The position numbers and the translations under genes were made by a program. The notes beneath the pieces were generated by a model. That model searched no databases, was not told the origin of the DNA, and worked only from the letters and a program-made list of their open reading frames with translations. Below are positions 48,701-61,000 of a stretch of 64,000 nt of DNA, one piece after another; position 1 is the first letter of the stretch, and each line of letters starts with the position of its first letter. Source of the DNA: Phaeosaccion multiseriatum (Eukaryota > Protista > Ochrophyta, other classes); the NCBI GenBank assembly GCA_965112735.1, contig OZ218951.1, forward strand, positions 124,001 to 188,000, in the 5' to 3' direction.

Positions 48701-51512
48701 CTGACGGAATGGAATTGCCTTGCTTGCCTTGCTTGCCCAACCTTCCTCTCCCGATGTAATTCCCTCCCTTCCTAGTGGCGAAGTGGGCATCGGCCACGCT
48801 AATACGGTTGGCGACAGCTCCGGAGATCTACCTCTTGTGGCCGTCGACGTGGGCAACGTGCCCACCCCGGCACCCACCGCCGCTCCGTCCCAGGTAGAGT
48901 AGGTAGAGGCACTATCCGCTGCCCTCACATCTCCTATCTGTAGCTGCCCTTCCTTCCTCCCTTCCTTCCTTCCTTCCTTCCTTCCTTCCTTCCTTCCTTC
49001 CTTCCTTCCTTCCTTCCTTCCTTCCTTCCTTCCTTCCTTCCTTCCTTCCTTCCTTCCTTCCTTCCTTCCTTCCTTCCTTCCTTCCTTCCTTCCTTCTTTC
49101 TTTCCTTCCTTCCTTCCTTCCTTCCTTCCTTCCTTCTTTCATTCCTTCCTTCCTTCCTTCCTTCCTTCCTTCCATTCTTCCTTCCTTCTTTCCTTCCTTG
49201 ATTCCTTCCTTCCGTCCTTCCTTCCTTCCTTCCTTTCATCCTTCCTTCCTTCCTTCCTTCCTTCCTTCTTCCTTCCTTCCTTCCTTCCTTCCTTCTTTCC
49301 TTCCTTGATTCCTTCTTTCCTTCCTTCCTTCCTTCCTTCCTTCCTTGCTTGCTTGCTTGCTTCCTTCCTTCCTTCCTTCCTTCCTCCCTCCCTTCCTTCC
49401 TTCCTTCCTCCCTTCCTTCCTTCGCTGCTTCCGTACTTTTTTCTTGCTTGCTTGCTTCCTTCCGTACATCCTTCCTTGCTTGCTTCCTTCCTTGCGTCCT
49501 TGCTTCCTTGCTTCCCTCCGTCTGCTCCTACCTGACGCTTAAATCGTCCGTCGCGCTTCCCAGGCCCCAACAGCAGCTCCAACACTAGCTCCAACAGCAG
49601 CTCCAAGTACAGCTCCAACAACAGCTCCAACAGCAGCCCCAACCGCAGCCCCAACAGCAGCTCCAACAGCAGCCCCAACAGCAGCTCCAACAGCAGCCCC
49701 AACAGCAGCTCCAACGGCCGCCCCAACAGCAGCTCCAACAGCAGCTCCAAGTACAGCTCCAACATCAGCACCAACAGCGGCACCAACAGCAGCTCCTACG
49801 TCAGCACCAACGGCGGCACCAACAGCCACACCAACATCAGCTCCTACGGCAGCTCCAATAGCCACACCAACATCAGCACCAACAGCAGCACCAACAGCCA
49901 CACCAACAACCACACCAACATCAGCACCAACATCAGCACCAACAGCCACACCAACATCAGCACCAACATCAGCACCAATAGCGGCACCAACATCAGCACC
50001 AACAGCGGCACCAACAGCCACACCAACATCAGCACCAACAGCGGCACCAACAGCCACACCAACATCAGCACCAACAGCCACACCAACAGCCACACGAACA
50101 TCAGCTCCAACAGCGGCACCAACAGCCACACCAACATCAGCACCAACAGCGGCACCAACAGCCACACCAACATCAGCACCAACAGCCACATCAACATCAG
50201 CACCAACAGCGGCACCAACAGCCACACCAACATCAGCACCAACAGCGGCACCGACATCACCGACTGTCGCAGCGCCTACAGCGGCACCCACAGCGGCGCC
50301 TACGAAGGTATGTCTCGACGATGCTTGCCTTGGGCAGATGTTCTCCTACTGACCTGACGGGCAGCGCTTGATGATGAGGAACGCTCTGCTGGCGCTGCTG
50401 CTGCAACTCACTCATTCCCTCTCTTGTGCCCTGGGGTATCCTCCATTCTCTTTTTTCTCTCTTCACGCCAGGCACCAACGGCAGCACCAACAGCAGCCCC
50501 AACGGCCCCACCTACCGCACCTCCGACGCTCGAGCAGCTTCCGGACGACTTCGGTGTCGATTCTCTCAACTACCTCAATGGGAGTTGCGTGCTGGTCGGG
50601 CTTAACGCAGACACCTTTACTCCGAGCCTACAGACCTACTTTATGCTGTCAATCAGCGCCCTTTCGTCGGTGGTGGAGGCAGAGGATATGATGTACATTG
50701 TCTCCATTCGTGACGTGCTCTGGACATCAGAGGAGGAGGAGGCGCGTCGATTGCAGCTCCAAAGTCCTTCACTTGTCCCACCACTCTCTTCCACCCCGCT
50801 ACACGTGCCACCGTCGGCACTAGAAGGAGCAGCAGCGGTGGCAGGGACAGCAAGCCAGGCATCGGTGCCGAACCATGCCATTACAGCCCCCTTTCTGCTG
50901 GGAGTCCGTGAAGGGCAAGAACAACAGGGTGGAGGGGTAGAGGGCTGGAAGAAGAAAGGCGAGGAGGACTGGCCACAACGAGGGCAAGGTGCAGCAGTGG
51001 CGGAGGTCCAGAGGCGACAGCTGTCGTCGCCAGCGAGCAATGCAACCAGCAGCAGCGCCGTTGAGGTGTCCTTCCTGGTGTTGGGCTTTGCCTCCGCCTC
51101 AGACTGCAGCACCGCTGCGGCCGAGGTGTTGCAAGGAGAGAGCAGCGGTGCCCTCCAAGATTCCTTTCTATCGATTGTTGAGGTGGCCAACTTCGTCCTA
51201 TGGGCGGTGCTAGAGGAGGAGGAGGGCCTGGCGGTCGAGCTCATCATCTTCGTCGCCGCGACGAGCAGCGGGGCAGCCCTCTTCCTCCTCTACTGGGCGG
51301 TGCTCTGCTTGCCCGGCCAGTGGGCCACAGCCAAGTACATAACTCGGCGGGTGCGGTACGGCTTGCCCAAGCACCTGGGCGGCAAGGAGCAGGTGCGAGT
51401 GCACGTAATGGGAGACTTCATCGACGACATGGTCATCTCCGACGACGTGCTGAGGGCCATGCCCCCGAGGACCGCATACTCCAAGCCGCCCAGCGAGGAG
51501 AGTCTCCTCTGA
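45748..51512 (+). CDS. Receptor-like type I membrane protein B, tandem paralogue of A (RCC1 propeller + TAAP/TSAP stalk + TM)
   Basis: Same exon-intron layout as A through the propeller, including the 5-nt exon 47853-47857 and the GC donor at 48104. The stalk is one 744-nt exon (49564-50307). The last exon has TM IIFVAATSSGAALFLLYWAVLCL and ends SEESLL*. Confidence 0.85.
48948..49520. repeat. ~0.55-kb (TTCC)n microsatellite in the propeller/stalk intron of receptor B
   Basis: Read directly. Confidence 0.95.
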
Positions 51513-52649
51513 TCTCTCACACCAGCAGCGTCTTCTCTACTCTCTCTCTCTCTCACGTCCCTCTGATGAAATGAGTCCTCTCTCTCTCTCTGCGGTCTTC
51601 GGTTGATTGCTGAGCTCTCTTCCTCTTTCTTCTCTTTCACTATTAGTGGCGCTGAGCATTTAGCTCAGAACAAGGAGCACTGCCCAGCCAGAGAGGCGCG
51701 CAGCGGGGAAGGAGTGGGAGGAGCGGAGTCAGTCACAGATGCGTCTGCTGTTTCTTCCGATACAGAAGCCTCTGTCGTCGGTTGCGTGTTAGCGGCTGGA
51801 CAGCATCCCCCACACGGACTTGTTGCTTGAGGCTTGAGGGCGGGGGCGGAGGTGAAGGCTAGGCCAGTAGGCCAGTAGACCAGTGGCCAACAGACGAGTG
51901 GGGGGGGGTGGCACAAGCAGACAGGGCTCGCTCCACACGCCGCCCACGAGGGCTCTGCTGAACAACGAACAGCAGCCTGCTCATCCACAGCGAGCGCTTA
52001 CTTGCGTGACAAGAGCGTCAGGAGAGCGTCAGGAGAGCGTCAGGAGAGCATGAGAAGGGCGGGACACAAGGGACGGAGGCGCTGTCCGCCCAGCTGGCAG
52101 GAGCCCATTGAGTCAAGCGTCTCTGACGAGTTGGGCAGGACTGACTGGACAGGACCGGACAAATGCTTAGCGCAGGACTGACTGGACAGGACCGGACAAA
52201 TGCTTAGCCCCCCTCCCCTCGCGCTCGAGACACTGGAGACATTCTGTCTTGAGCTTCGCTACGCGAGGCGCATCTTTCGTATGCACATGTAGAGAAGCAA
52301 AAAAGTACCTCATTGGTTTCGTATGCACATGGTACTTCAATGATTAAGCACAGTTCAGCAGCCCACGTAACTTCAGGTAATCTTAAGTAATCTTAAGCTC
52401 CGCTAACGGCAGGCAAGCAATGACAAATAGAAACAAATAAAACGCGCAACACGAGGAGACGACGGGACACTTAAAGCAGATGTGGAGTAGCCCGATTTCG
52501 CCACGGAAATAGCCATGCAAAACCATGGCGAGCCGCCCTGGCGCTCTCACGCCTTTGTTGGCCTTTCGTCGGGTCATCCGTCTTCTCCCCTCCCCCCACC
52601 CCGCGGCACAGACACCTCACAACACAACACCACAATACACATCACAAGC

Positions 52650-55600
52650 TCAGCCGATGAGTCCGAAGGTCTCCCCTCGAGCCGGAGCCCCCAAAGCCCC
52701 GATGGGCTGTAGGCTGCCATCCTCCAGCAAGCCCCCCCTGCCGAGCTCTGGCCTGGGCTCCCTCAGCAGCTGCGCCATGTCGCTGCGGAGGGCCTGCAGA
52801 TTGTCAGCAGGGGGCTTGCGGTGGCGCCTCTGCCCCTCGTCCTCGCCAAGCTTCCTGCCATCGGAGCAGATGAGGTCCGCTCCGTGCAGCCTGTCAGGAA
52901 GTCAGCAAGTGCGCGAGTTGGTGGTCCGGGAAGGAGCATCGGGAAGGAGGGGGGGAGGGGCAGGTCGGAGGATGTAAGTCACCGACTGAAGTACGCGATA
53001 GGGCATGCTGAGAGGGCACGCAGAGAGGGCATGAAGGTTTTAGAGAGTCAGGCATCCATCTATCCATCCATCTATCCATCCATCTATCCATCCATCCATC
53101 AATCCATCCATCCATCTATCCATCCATCTATCCATCCATCTATCCATCCATCTATCCATCCATCTATCCATCCATCTATCCATCCATACATCCATCCATC
53201 CATACTTCCATCCATCTATACATCCATCCATCCATCCATCCATCTATACATCCATCCACCTATCCATCCATCCATCCATCTACCCATCCATCTACCCATC
53301 CATCCACCTATCCATCCATCTACCCATCCATCCATCCATCCATCCATCCATCTACCCATCCATCCATCCGTCCATTTATCCATCCAACCATCCATCCATC
53401 CATCCGTCCATTTATACATCCATTCATCCATCTATCCATCCATCCACCCATCCATCTATCTACCCGTCCATCCATCCATCCATCCATCCATCCATCCATC
53501 CATCCATCCATCCATCCATTTATGTATCCATCCATCTATCTATACATCCATCTATCTACCCATCCATCCATCTATCTATCCATCCATCCATCCATCCATC
53601 CATCTGTCTACCCATCCATCCATCCATCCATCTATCCATCTATCCATCTATCTATCCATCCATCCACCCATCCATCTATCTACTATCTACCCGTCCATCC
53701 ATCCATCCATCCATCCATCCATCCATCCATCCATCCATCCATCTATCCACCCATTCTGCCTCACTCGAGCGCAAAGCCTATTGATTCGCCTTTGACGCAC
53801 GGAGAGGAGAGGAGAGGAGAAGGGAGGGGAGGGGAGGGGAGGAGAAGCAAGGCTCTTCCGCGACAACTTGCACCGACCCACTGACCCACTCACTCACTCA
53901 CTCACTCACTCACTCACTCACTCACTCACTCACTCACTCACTCACTCACTCACTCATTCACTCACTCACTCACTCATTCGTCTCACTCCCTCACTCACTC
54001 ACTCACTCACTCACTCACCCGCTCACCCACTCACTCACTCACTCACTCACTCACGCACTCACGCACTCACGCACTCACTCACTCACTCACTCACGCACTC
54101 ACTCACGCACTCACTCACTCACTCACTCACTCACCCACACCCCCACTCACCCGCTCTTGGCGGAGGGCGGCTCGTGCGGCCCTCTCTTGACTAAGTTGGT
54201 GCTCTCGGCCATCATGCGCTCCACCTTTCGCGCCTCCTCCCCCCCCGCATCCATGTCGAAGATGAAGTTCCCTGAAAGGATAGGGGACGAGGAGGAGGAG
54301 GAGGAGGAGGAGGAGGAGGATGAGGATGAGGAGGAGGAGGAGGAGGAGGAGGAGGAGGAGGAGGAGGAGGAGGAGGAGGAGGAGGAGGAGGAGGAGGAGG
54401 AGGAGGAGGAGGAGGAGGAGGAGGAGGAGGAGGAGGAGGAGGAGGAGGAGGAGGAGGAGGAGGAGGAGGAGGAGGAGGAGGAGGAGGAGGAGGAGGAGGA
54501 GGAGGAGGAGGAGAGGAGAGGATGAGGATGTTGTAACTAAGCGTTGAAACTCAAGGTCTTGGGAGGGATGGTTTGAGCCCGGAGGGGGGGGGGTGGAATT
54601 TGCCGCTTTTCTCGGGCTTGGGAGAGAGACCCACCCAAGCAAGACAAGGAAAGCCAAAAGTAATGAGCTAAAAGTAATGAGCTAAAAGTAATGAGCTACT
54701 GCGCTCACGTACCGCTGCCTCTTTTCGGCGCCGCCATAGCCATAGCCCGCTTCAGCGACTGACGAGGGCGGGGGCGTCAAAAAGACGGAAGGGAGGAAGA
54801 GCAGGAGAGGGCATCAGAGGAGAAAACCGCCCATCCCCCCACCACCCGTAACTGACCGGCTCCATGCATTCACACCTCTGTGTGTGTCTCCCTCTCTCTC
54901 TATCCGTGCCTATCCCTCCATTCTGGTGCTCTCCCTCTCACCTCCATCTCCTCCTCGAAAGGCGGGGCGAGGGACGGATCTATGAGTGTTCCTGCTTCGC
55001 CAATTTGTCTGGTGTGTAGTGTGTGTGGTGCAGGGGGTTAGGGTTAGGCAGTGCGACATCCTCGTCACAAACGTCGGGGCACCGCTCGATGGAGCGTAGA
55101 TAGATAGGCCAGGGCAGAGGCAAGGGCGGGGGCGATGCCTAAGCCATGCTGTGGGATTTGTCCTCTAGCAGCCTCGGAAACCTCACTTTTGTAGGACCAA
55201 CTGCTGTACCACCAACTGCTCTAGCACCAACACGGACACACCTGGGGGGTGGGGGCTGTCCCTCGGGCGGCAGCGCTTGTCCTGTGTCTCTGTCGCGGAA
55301 GAGGATGTCATGCTCTCCCTCTCGGCAGCGGCGCCGCTCCAGGCCCTGACCAGAGAGAGCACCACGCCCCAGTCAAGTCAAGTCAAGTTAAACACAGGGC
55401 AGGGAGGAGGGAGGAGGGAGGAGGGGGGGGGGGGGAGGGAGGAGGAGGGAGGCGGGGGGGGGAGGAGGGAGGCGGGGGGGGGGAGGAGAGGGAGGAGAGG
55501 GAGGAGAGAGAGGGAGGAGGGAGGAGGGAGGAGGGAGGAGGGAGGGAGGGAGGAGAAAGGAAGGGGGGAAGACGAAGGGGGGAGAGGGCGGGAGACCAGT

Positions 55601-56475
55601 ACTCGGCTTAGGGTTGTGGTTGGGGATAGGCCGGGGGCGTGTTTGCCCACCTCACCGCTGCATGGGGTACTGTAGATACGGACAGATACAGACGGAGGCT
55701 TGGCTTAGGCTTCGTTTTCGTTCATGTCCTCACCTTCTTTATGGCGGCTCGCATGGCCTCCTGCTCATCGGGGGAAACGCTATCGGTGAAGGCAAGGTCG
55801 GCCATGTTGTGGCTGTGTTGCTCCTCGATGTGGCGCTTGCCGGGGTGCAAGTGCTTCGGACGGTCGAAGATGCGCTCATCCACCTGCAGGCACTGCGGGA
55901 GGGGGCATAGGCGGAGGAGGGAGGAGGAGGGGGTGGGAAGAAGGAGGGCGGGAGAGTGACTGTGACAATGAGCTGGTCCATCTGGTCCGTCCCGAGCCCT
56001 GCCTGATGTGGCGTGTTATCGCTATTGCCGCTTGGCTGGGTGCACGCACTTACCAAGCCGACATTCTCATGCCCTCGCGCGGACAGGGGGAGATCATCCA
56101 TCAATCTCTAGTGTGAGAGCAACAGAGGGGAGGCAGGCAAGTCAGAAGTGCGAGGAACAGCGTCAGGGTCAGGGTCAGGGTCAGCGTCAGCGTCAGGGTC
56201 AGGGTCAGCATCAGAGGGGCCGGAGAGACGTCGGATCAGGGGAGGTGGCATGGCCATGGGTGTATGGGAGGAAGGGTCGAGGTCGAGACCGCCAGAGGCC
56301 CGCCTTATCCCCCGCCACGCACCTTCCCGCTCGCCACCAGTGCCTCGCTCCTCAGCGACACCTCCCCCTCTGCGGCGCCAGGGTGCCAGAACTCCCCCGT
56401 TGTAGGGTTGTAAGAGTCGTAGCGGAGGGGAATGAGAGTGGACTCGTACCGGAGAGGAGTTGCCGCATAGGCCAT
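52650..56475 (-). CDS. Hypothetical protein (~290 aa), 7 exons
   Basis: Phase-consistent model: [12 protein letters not shown]...ASGK|[26 protein letters not shown]...AIKK|GLERRRC...PPP|RQIGEAG...EEME|[15 protein letters not shown]|[11 protein letters not shown]...SAKS|[12 protein letters not shown]...GETFGLIG*. No family recognised. Confidence 0.6.
53052..54512. repeat. Cluster of intronic microsatellites: (CCAT)n 53052-53750, (CACT)n 53885-54135, (GAG)n 54288-54512
   Basis: Read directly; all lie in introns of the 52650-56475 model. Confidence 0.95.
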
Positions 56476-57833
56476 CCTTCCTTTGCCCCCAGTCTCTCCT
56501 GAGGATTTTGATTCGGCTGGAGTTGAAAGCACTGCCAGGCCTTCTTGCTCCTCCCTCTCCCTCCTTTGGCTGCCTGCCTGTAGGCTTCTCCTTAGCGCTG
56601 CCTCGCTGATACTCTGCCGGCACGCCAATAAACCTTCACAGGCCTTCTCTCTTCTCTCTATTCCTCTCCTCCCTTGATGTTCATTGCTCTCTCAAGCTCG
56701 CCCAAACGCCAGGTGGTTTCTCTCCGGTGCTGCTGCTCCACTGAGAGGACGGACAAAGCGACTTCCGTTTGCTCGGCTCTTGAGCTCTTGCTGTTTTGTG
56801 GATAACTCTCACCGTCCCATCGCATCAATCGGAGGTAAGTTGGTCCGCGCCAATACACAATCACAATTGTGCCGAGAGTTTCAGTTTGATGTGGCTGGAA
56901 ATGAGCCGATAGTTCATCGCCTTATTTTCCCCTCCTTGTCTCCTTGTCAGCGTTTCTGCAAGAGCACTCCCCTTCCCCGCGATTCTTACTGTACGCAAAT
57001 CGAGCGTTAAAAAATCGATACATTCTTTCTCTTCCTCCCCCCCCTCTCTCTCCTTCTCTCTCCTTTGTTTGTATTGGTGTCTCCATACAATAACTTAAGG
57101 CAAAAACCGTACTGTACTGCTGTGCTCCATGTCAATAACTTAATGCAAAAGCCCATCAAAACCGTCCCCCCCTTCTTTTTCTCTTTGTACCCAAGTACTT
57201 GCTTTGCTCCCTTGGAACGAACGGGGTACGGGGTGCTGCTCCCCACCCCCTCCTTTCCCTCCTGCTGCTGGGGGCCGCTAGCAGATCGCTGGCACTCAAC
57301 GCCTGCCTAGTCCAGAGTGCCCCCCCCCCTCCTCCCCCCTCCTCCCCCCTCCTCCCTCCTCCTCCCTCCTTCTCTTCAGACAACATACCGCTGCCTCCGC
57401 ACGTGCCGCACCCCCTCGGTGGTGCTCTGTACCTGTCCCCCTTCTCCCTCGTCATCCACTGCCATCCCTCCCTCCCCTCCCCTCCCCATCTGCGCTGTGC
57501 TGAACTGTGCCCTCTCGAGCGTCAGGACAGAAAGCCCCCTGCCCTCACTGCCGTCCACTGCCATCCGCTGCTCTGCCCCCGGCGAGATTCCCCTCCATCC
57601 AGTGCCATCTGCTAAGCACAACGACGCCGAGGCCCCACTGCAGCCCCTCCGCCCCATCCGCCCTCTTACGCCTTCAACATCGCCCCCGAAACGCCTCGCT
57701 CGCGCCCGAAAGTGCTCCCCTGCTCGTGCCAGGTACAATGGTTCATGAGTACCGGCCACTCTCCTCCCTCCTCTCTCCTCTCTCCTCCAGCCCAGCCTGC
57801 ACGTTACACATGGTGCCTGCCTGTCTCCCCTTC

Positions 57834-58001
57834 TTAGTCGTCCTCGTCCGAATCCATAAATAAGTCAATGAAGTTGGCGGCCTTGGCCTTGACGAGGTTG
57901 TCTAGCCCGTATGTCACCACTGTCTCTTTGATCACGTCCCCCTCCTTCAGCCGCGCCAACACGCTCTCACCCCGCACCTGGGAGGGGATCGGAAGGGGGG
58001 A

Positions 58002-58056
<55 letters not shown>

Positions 58057-61000
58057 GGAAAGGGCGGTCAGGGGTGCGTTCCTCACAACCTTTCCTTGGG
58101 CCTTGGGCCTTGGGCCTTGAGCCTTGGAGGATGGTACAGAGACCATGACATTCATTCGCCTCTGGCCCTCTGGCCCCCTTCCAGTTCGCCTTGAGCCTTG
58201 GAGGATGGTACAGAGACCATGACATTCATTCGCCTCTGCCCCCTTCCAGTTCACTGCCGCGATGTGCGCAAAAGCACTCAAGAACGGTGCCATTGCTGCC
58301 CGCCTACTCGTCCCTCACTCCCCCCCTCACTCCCGCCTACTCGTCCCTCACTCCCCCCCTCACTCCCGCCTACTCGTCCCTCACTCCCTCCCTCCCTCCT
58401 CCCTCACCACATAGGCGAAGATGCTGTACCGGCCGTCGAGGTACTCCACAGGGCGCCGCATGAAGTGCCCCGAGGGGTCCAAGTTGTCGTCCGGCAGCCA
58501 GAAAAACTCGCTGGGAGGGGGCAGGGGGCAGAGGTGAAGGGGGCAGGCAGGGCAAGAATGAGCGCCGGGGAGGGGCAGTCTATGGCAGTCTATGGCAGGG
58601 CGTGGCGGGGGAACTGCCTGAAAAGCGTAGCGCCAGATCAAACCCATCAAACTCTGAGGCCCTTTGCAAGCGCACACCGAGTACTGCCCCCTTCCCCTTT
58701 CCCCTGCCCTCTGCTGCCCCCTGCCGTTGACTGCCATAGCCTGCCATAGCCTGCCATACACTGCCATAGACTGCCGTAGACTGCCATAGACTGCCATCGA
58801 CTGCCCCAGACTGCCCTAGACTGCCGTAGACTGCCATACACTGCCATATACTGCAATAGACTGACGTAGACTGCCATAGAATGCCATTTTCGCACCCCCT
58901 CTTCCCACCTGCTGCCCCCGTTTCCGTCGTTGGTGGGATGATTCATGCCCATGGCGCCGGGGATGCGGAAGCTTTGCACAGGGCTCTGCCGCGTGAACAC
59001 ACGCGTGTTACGAGCCGCGCCGTACATGGGCTTGTTGCCCGTCTGCGGGAGGGGGAGAGGCAAGGAGGGGGGGGGGGAGGGAGGGAGGGAGGAAGGGCGT
59101 GGCCCAGTTGGGCATCAATGCCCAGCCAAGCGCATATTACAGGGTTGGTCAGAAAGAAAAAAGCGCGGAGAAAAAGCAGCAGCAGCAGTTGGCAATCCAG
59201 TCCAGCTGGTAACCCTTAGCCCCTCTCACTCACATTTGGGTCTGTTCTGAGGATCTCCAGCGGCAGGCGGCGCAGGCTGCCCGTTACAGGGTCCACGAAA
59301 CCGTCCTTGTAGGACCCCGCCACCATGATGGGCACCGTGCCGTTGGTGTTCTGTGCATGTGAGGTGTCAGGACAGGCGCGTGTAGGGACAGCTGGCAGGT
59401 GTCAGGTATCAGGCCTGATGTCAGGGGTGTAGGACGAGGGCTTGCTGGCTGCTCAGTTGGTGATACAGCATCCTCATGTCGTCCTCCAAGCTCAAGCATG
59501 GGACTTTTCACAAGAGAGATGGGCGACGGCTCCTCTTCCCCTCTCTCCCTCACTCCCTCCCTCCCTGCCACTCACCTCGTCTGACTGGTTGCGCCTCAGA
59601 GGCAAGTCATTGTAGAATCCCCTCGAGCACAAGTCAAGGAAATTGCCAGCTGTGACCGGGGCGGAGAAGCCATCTATGAGGAGAGTCACGTTGCCGATCA
59701 CGCCCCCGGCGGTTACGTTCTTCGTGCTCGGGCTCCCGGGGGGGACGGCGATGGCCGACACTCCCGAGGGGGGTGGGAGGGCTGCGGCCAGGGGATCGGA
59801 TCTGAAGACTATGTCCACCTTGGCACGGCCTGCACTCCACAGGGGGGAAGGGGGAGGAGACGGGAGGGAGAGGGGAAGGGGGGCGGAGGGCAGAGTCGCG
59901 CTAGGGTTAGCGCTAGCACGCTCGGGGTAGGAGAGGCAGAGGTGGTGAAGAGAGGGAACAGAGGGAAGAGTCTGGCAAGAAGGGCAAGGATCGCGCCTCT
60001 TGCTGAAGTGATGAAGAGCCGCACATATCAACCACATGCCTGTCTGCTCCCCTCCTCCCCTCCAACCCTCTAACCCTGCCCCTCTCGTGCTCTGCCACCC
60101 TCCTCCCCATCCACTGCCATCCACTGCCGTCCACTGCCATTCCCCCCCTCCCCCATCCTCCCCTGCCTCCCCTGCCTACCTAGCAGCCTGGGAATGGTCT
60201 TGTATGCCGGGTTGGTGGTGACTTTGAAGGGAAAGTCGACAACCATGAGCTCTCCGATGTCCGCCAGCAGCCGCAGAGCGTCTTCTTGAGCAACCTGAGG
60301 GAAGGAGGGGATGGCAGTGGATGGGATGGGAGGGGGTATGGGCCAGAGAGGGGGGGAGGGCATTCAGCGCGACTCAAGTGCCCCTACGTAGGCCTCGCAA
60401 CTTGTGACTTTGGAGTAGAGCAGCAAAGCAGCTCAGTAGGCATGGCGTTGATAGACAGGCACTCAGTAGGCATGGCGTTGACAGAGAAACACCCCCCCCA
60501 GTACGGCAGCACTCATACCCATGAATACAACCCTTAAGCCCGAAGCGATACCTCACTCCGTCACTCACTCACTCACTCACTCACCAAGGTGGCTCCGATA
60601 CGTCTCTCCCTGGCTGCGGCCGCAAGCTGCAGAAGCTTCTGGCGGAGGTCGATCACGCGCCCCTCGCCCCTCTCTGCCCTGCACAGCACAGCACAGCGGG
60701 GATTGGTCAGAGAGGAGAGGAGGACAGATAGGCAGGCAGACAGACGGGAAGGAGGGAGGGAGGGAAGGAAGGGACAGTCAGTGAGAGACGCGTGCGTAAC
60801 GTCACTTGAAGGAAGCAGCCCCTCAGCCCTTCAGCCCCTCAGCCCCTCAGCCCCTTGGGCTTTATGCTGTGCCATGTAACTGTCAGCATGCATGTAGCTT
60901 GTGCCATGTAACCGTCAGCATGCATGTAGCTTGTGCCATGTAACTGTCAGCACTGCGGCATTCCCTTGTCCCTACATGTACTTTACCCAATGATGTACCT

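Noticed and set aside
52821-54547. ORFs with HPSI, THSL and poly-E/poly-R repeats
   Set aside because: Intronic microsatellites of the minus-strand gene 52650-56475.
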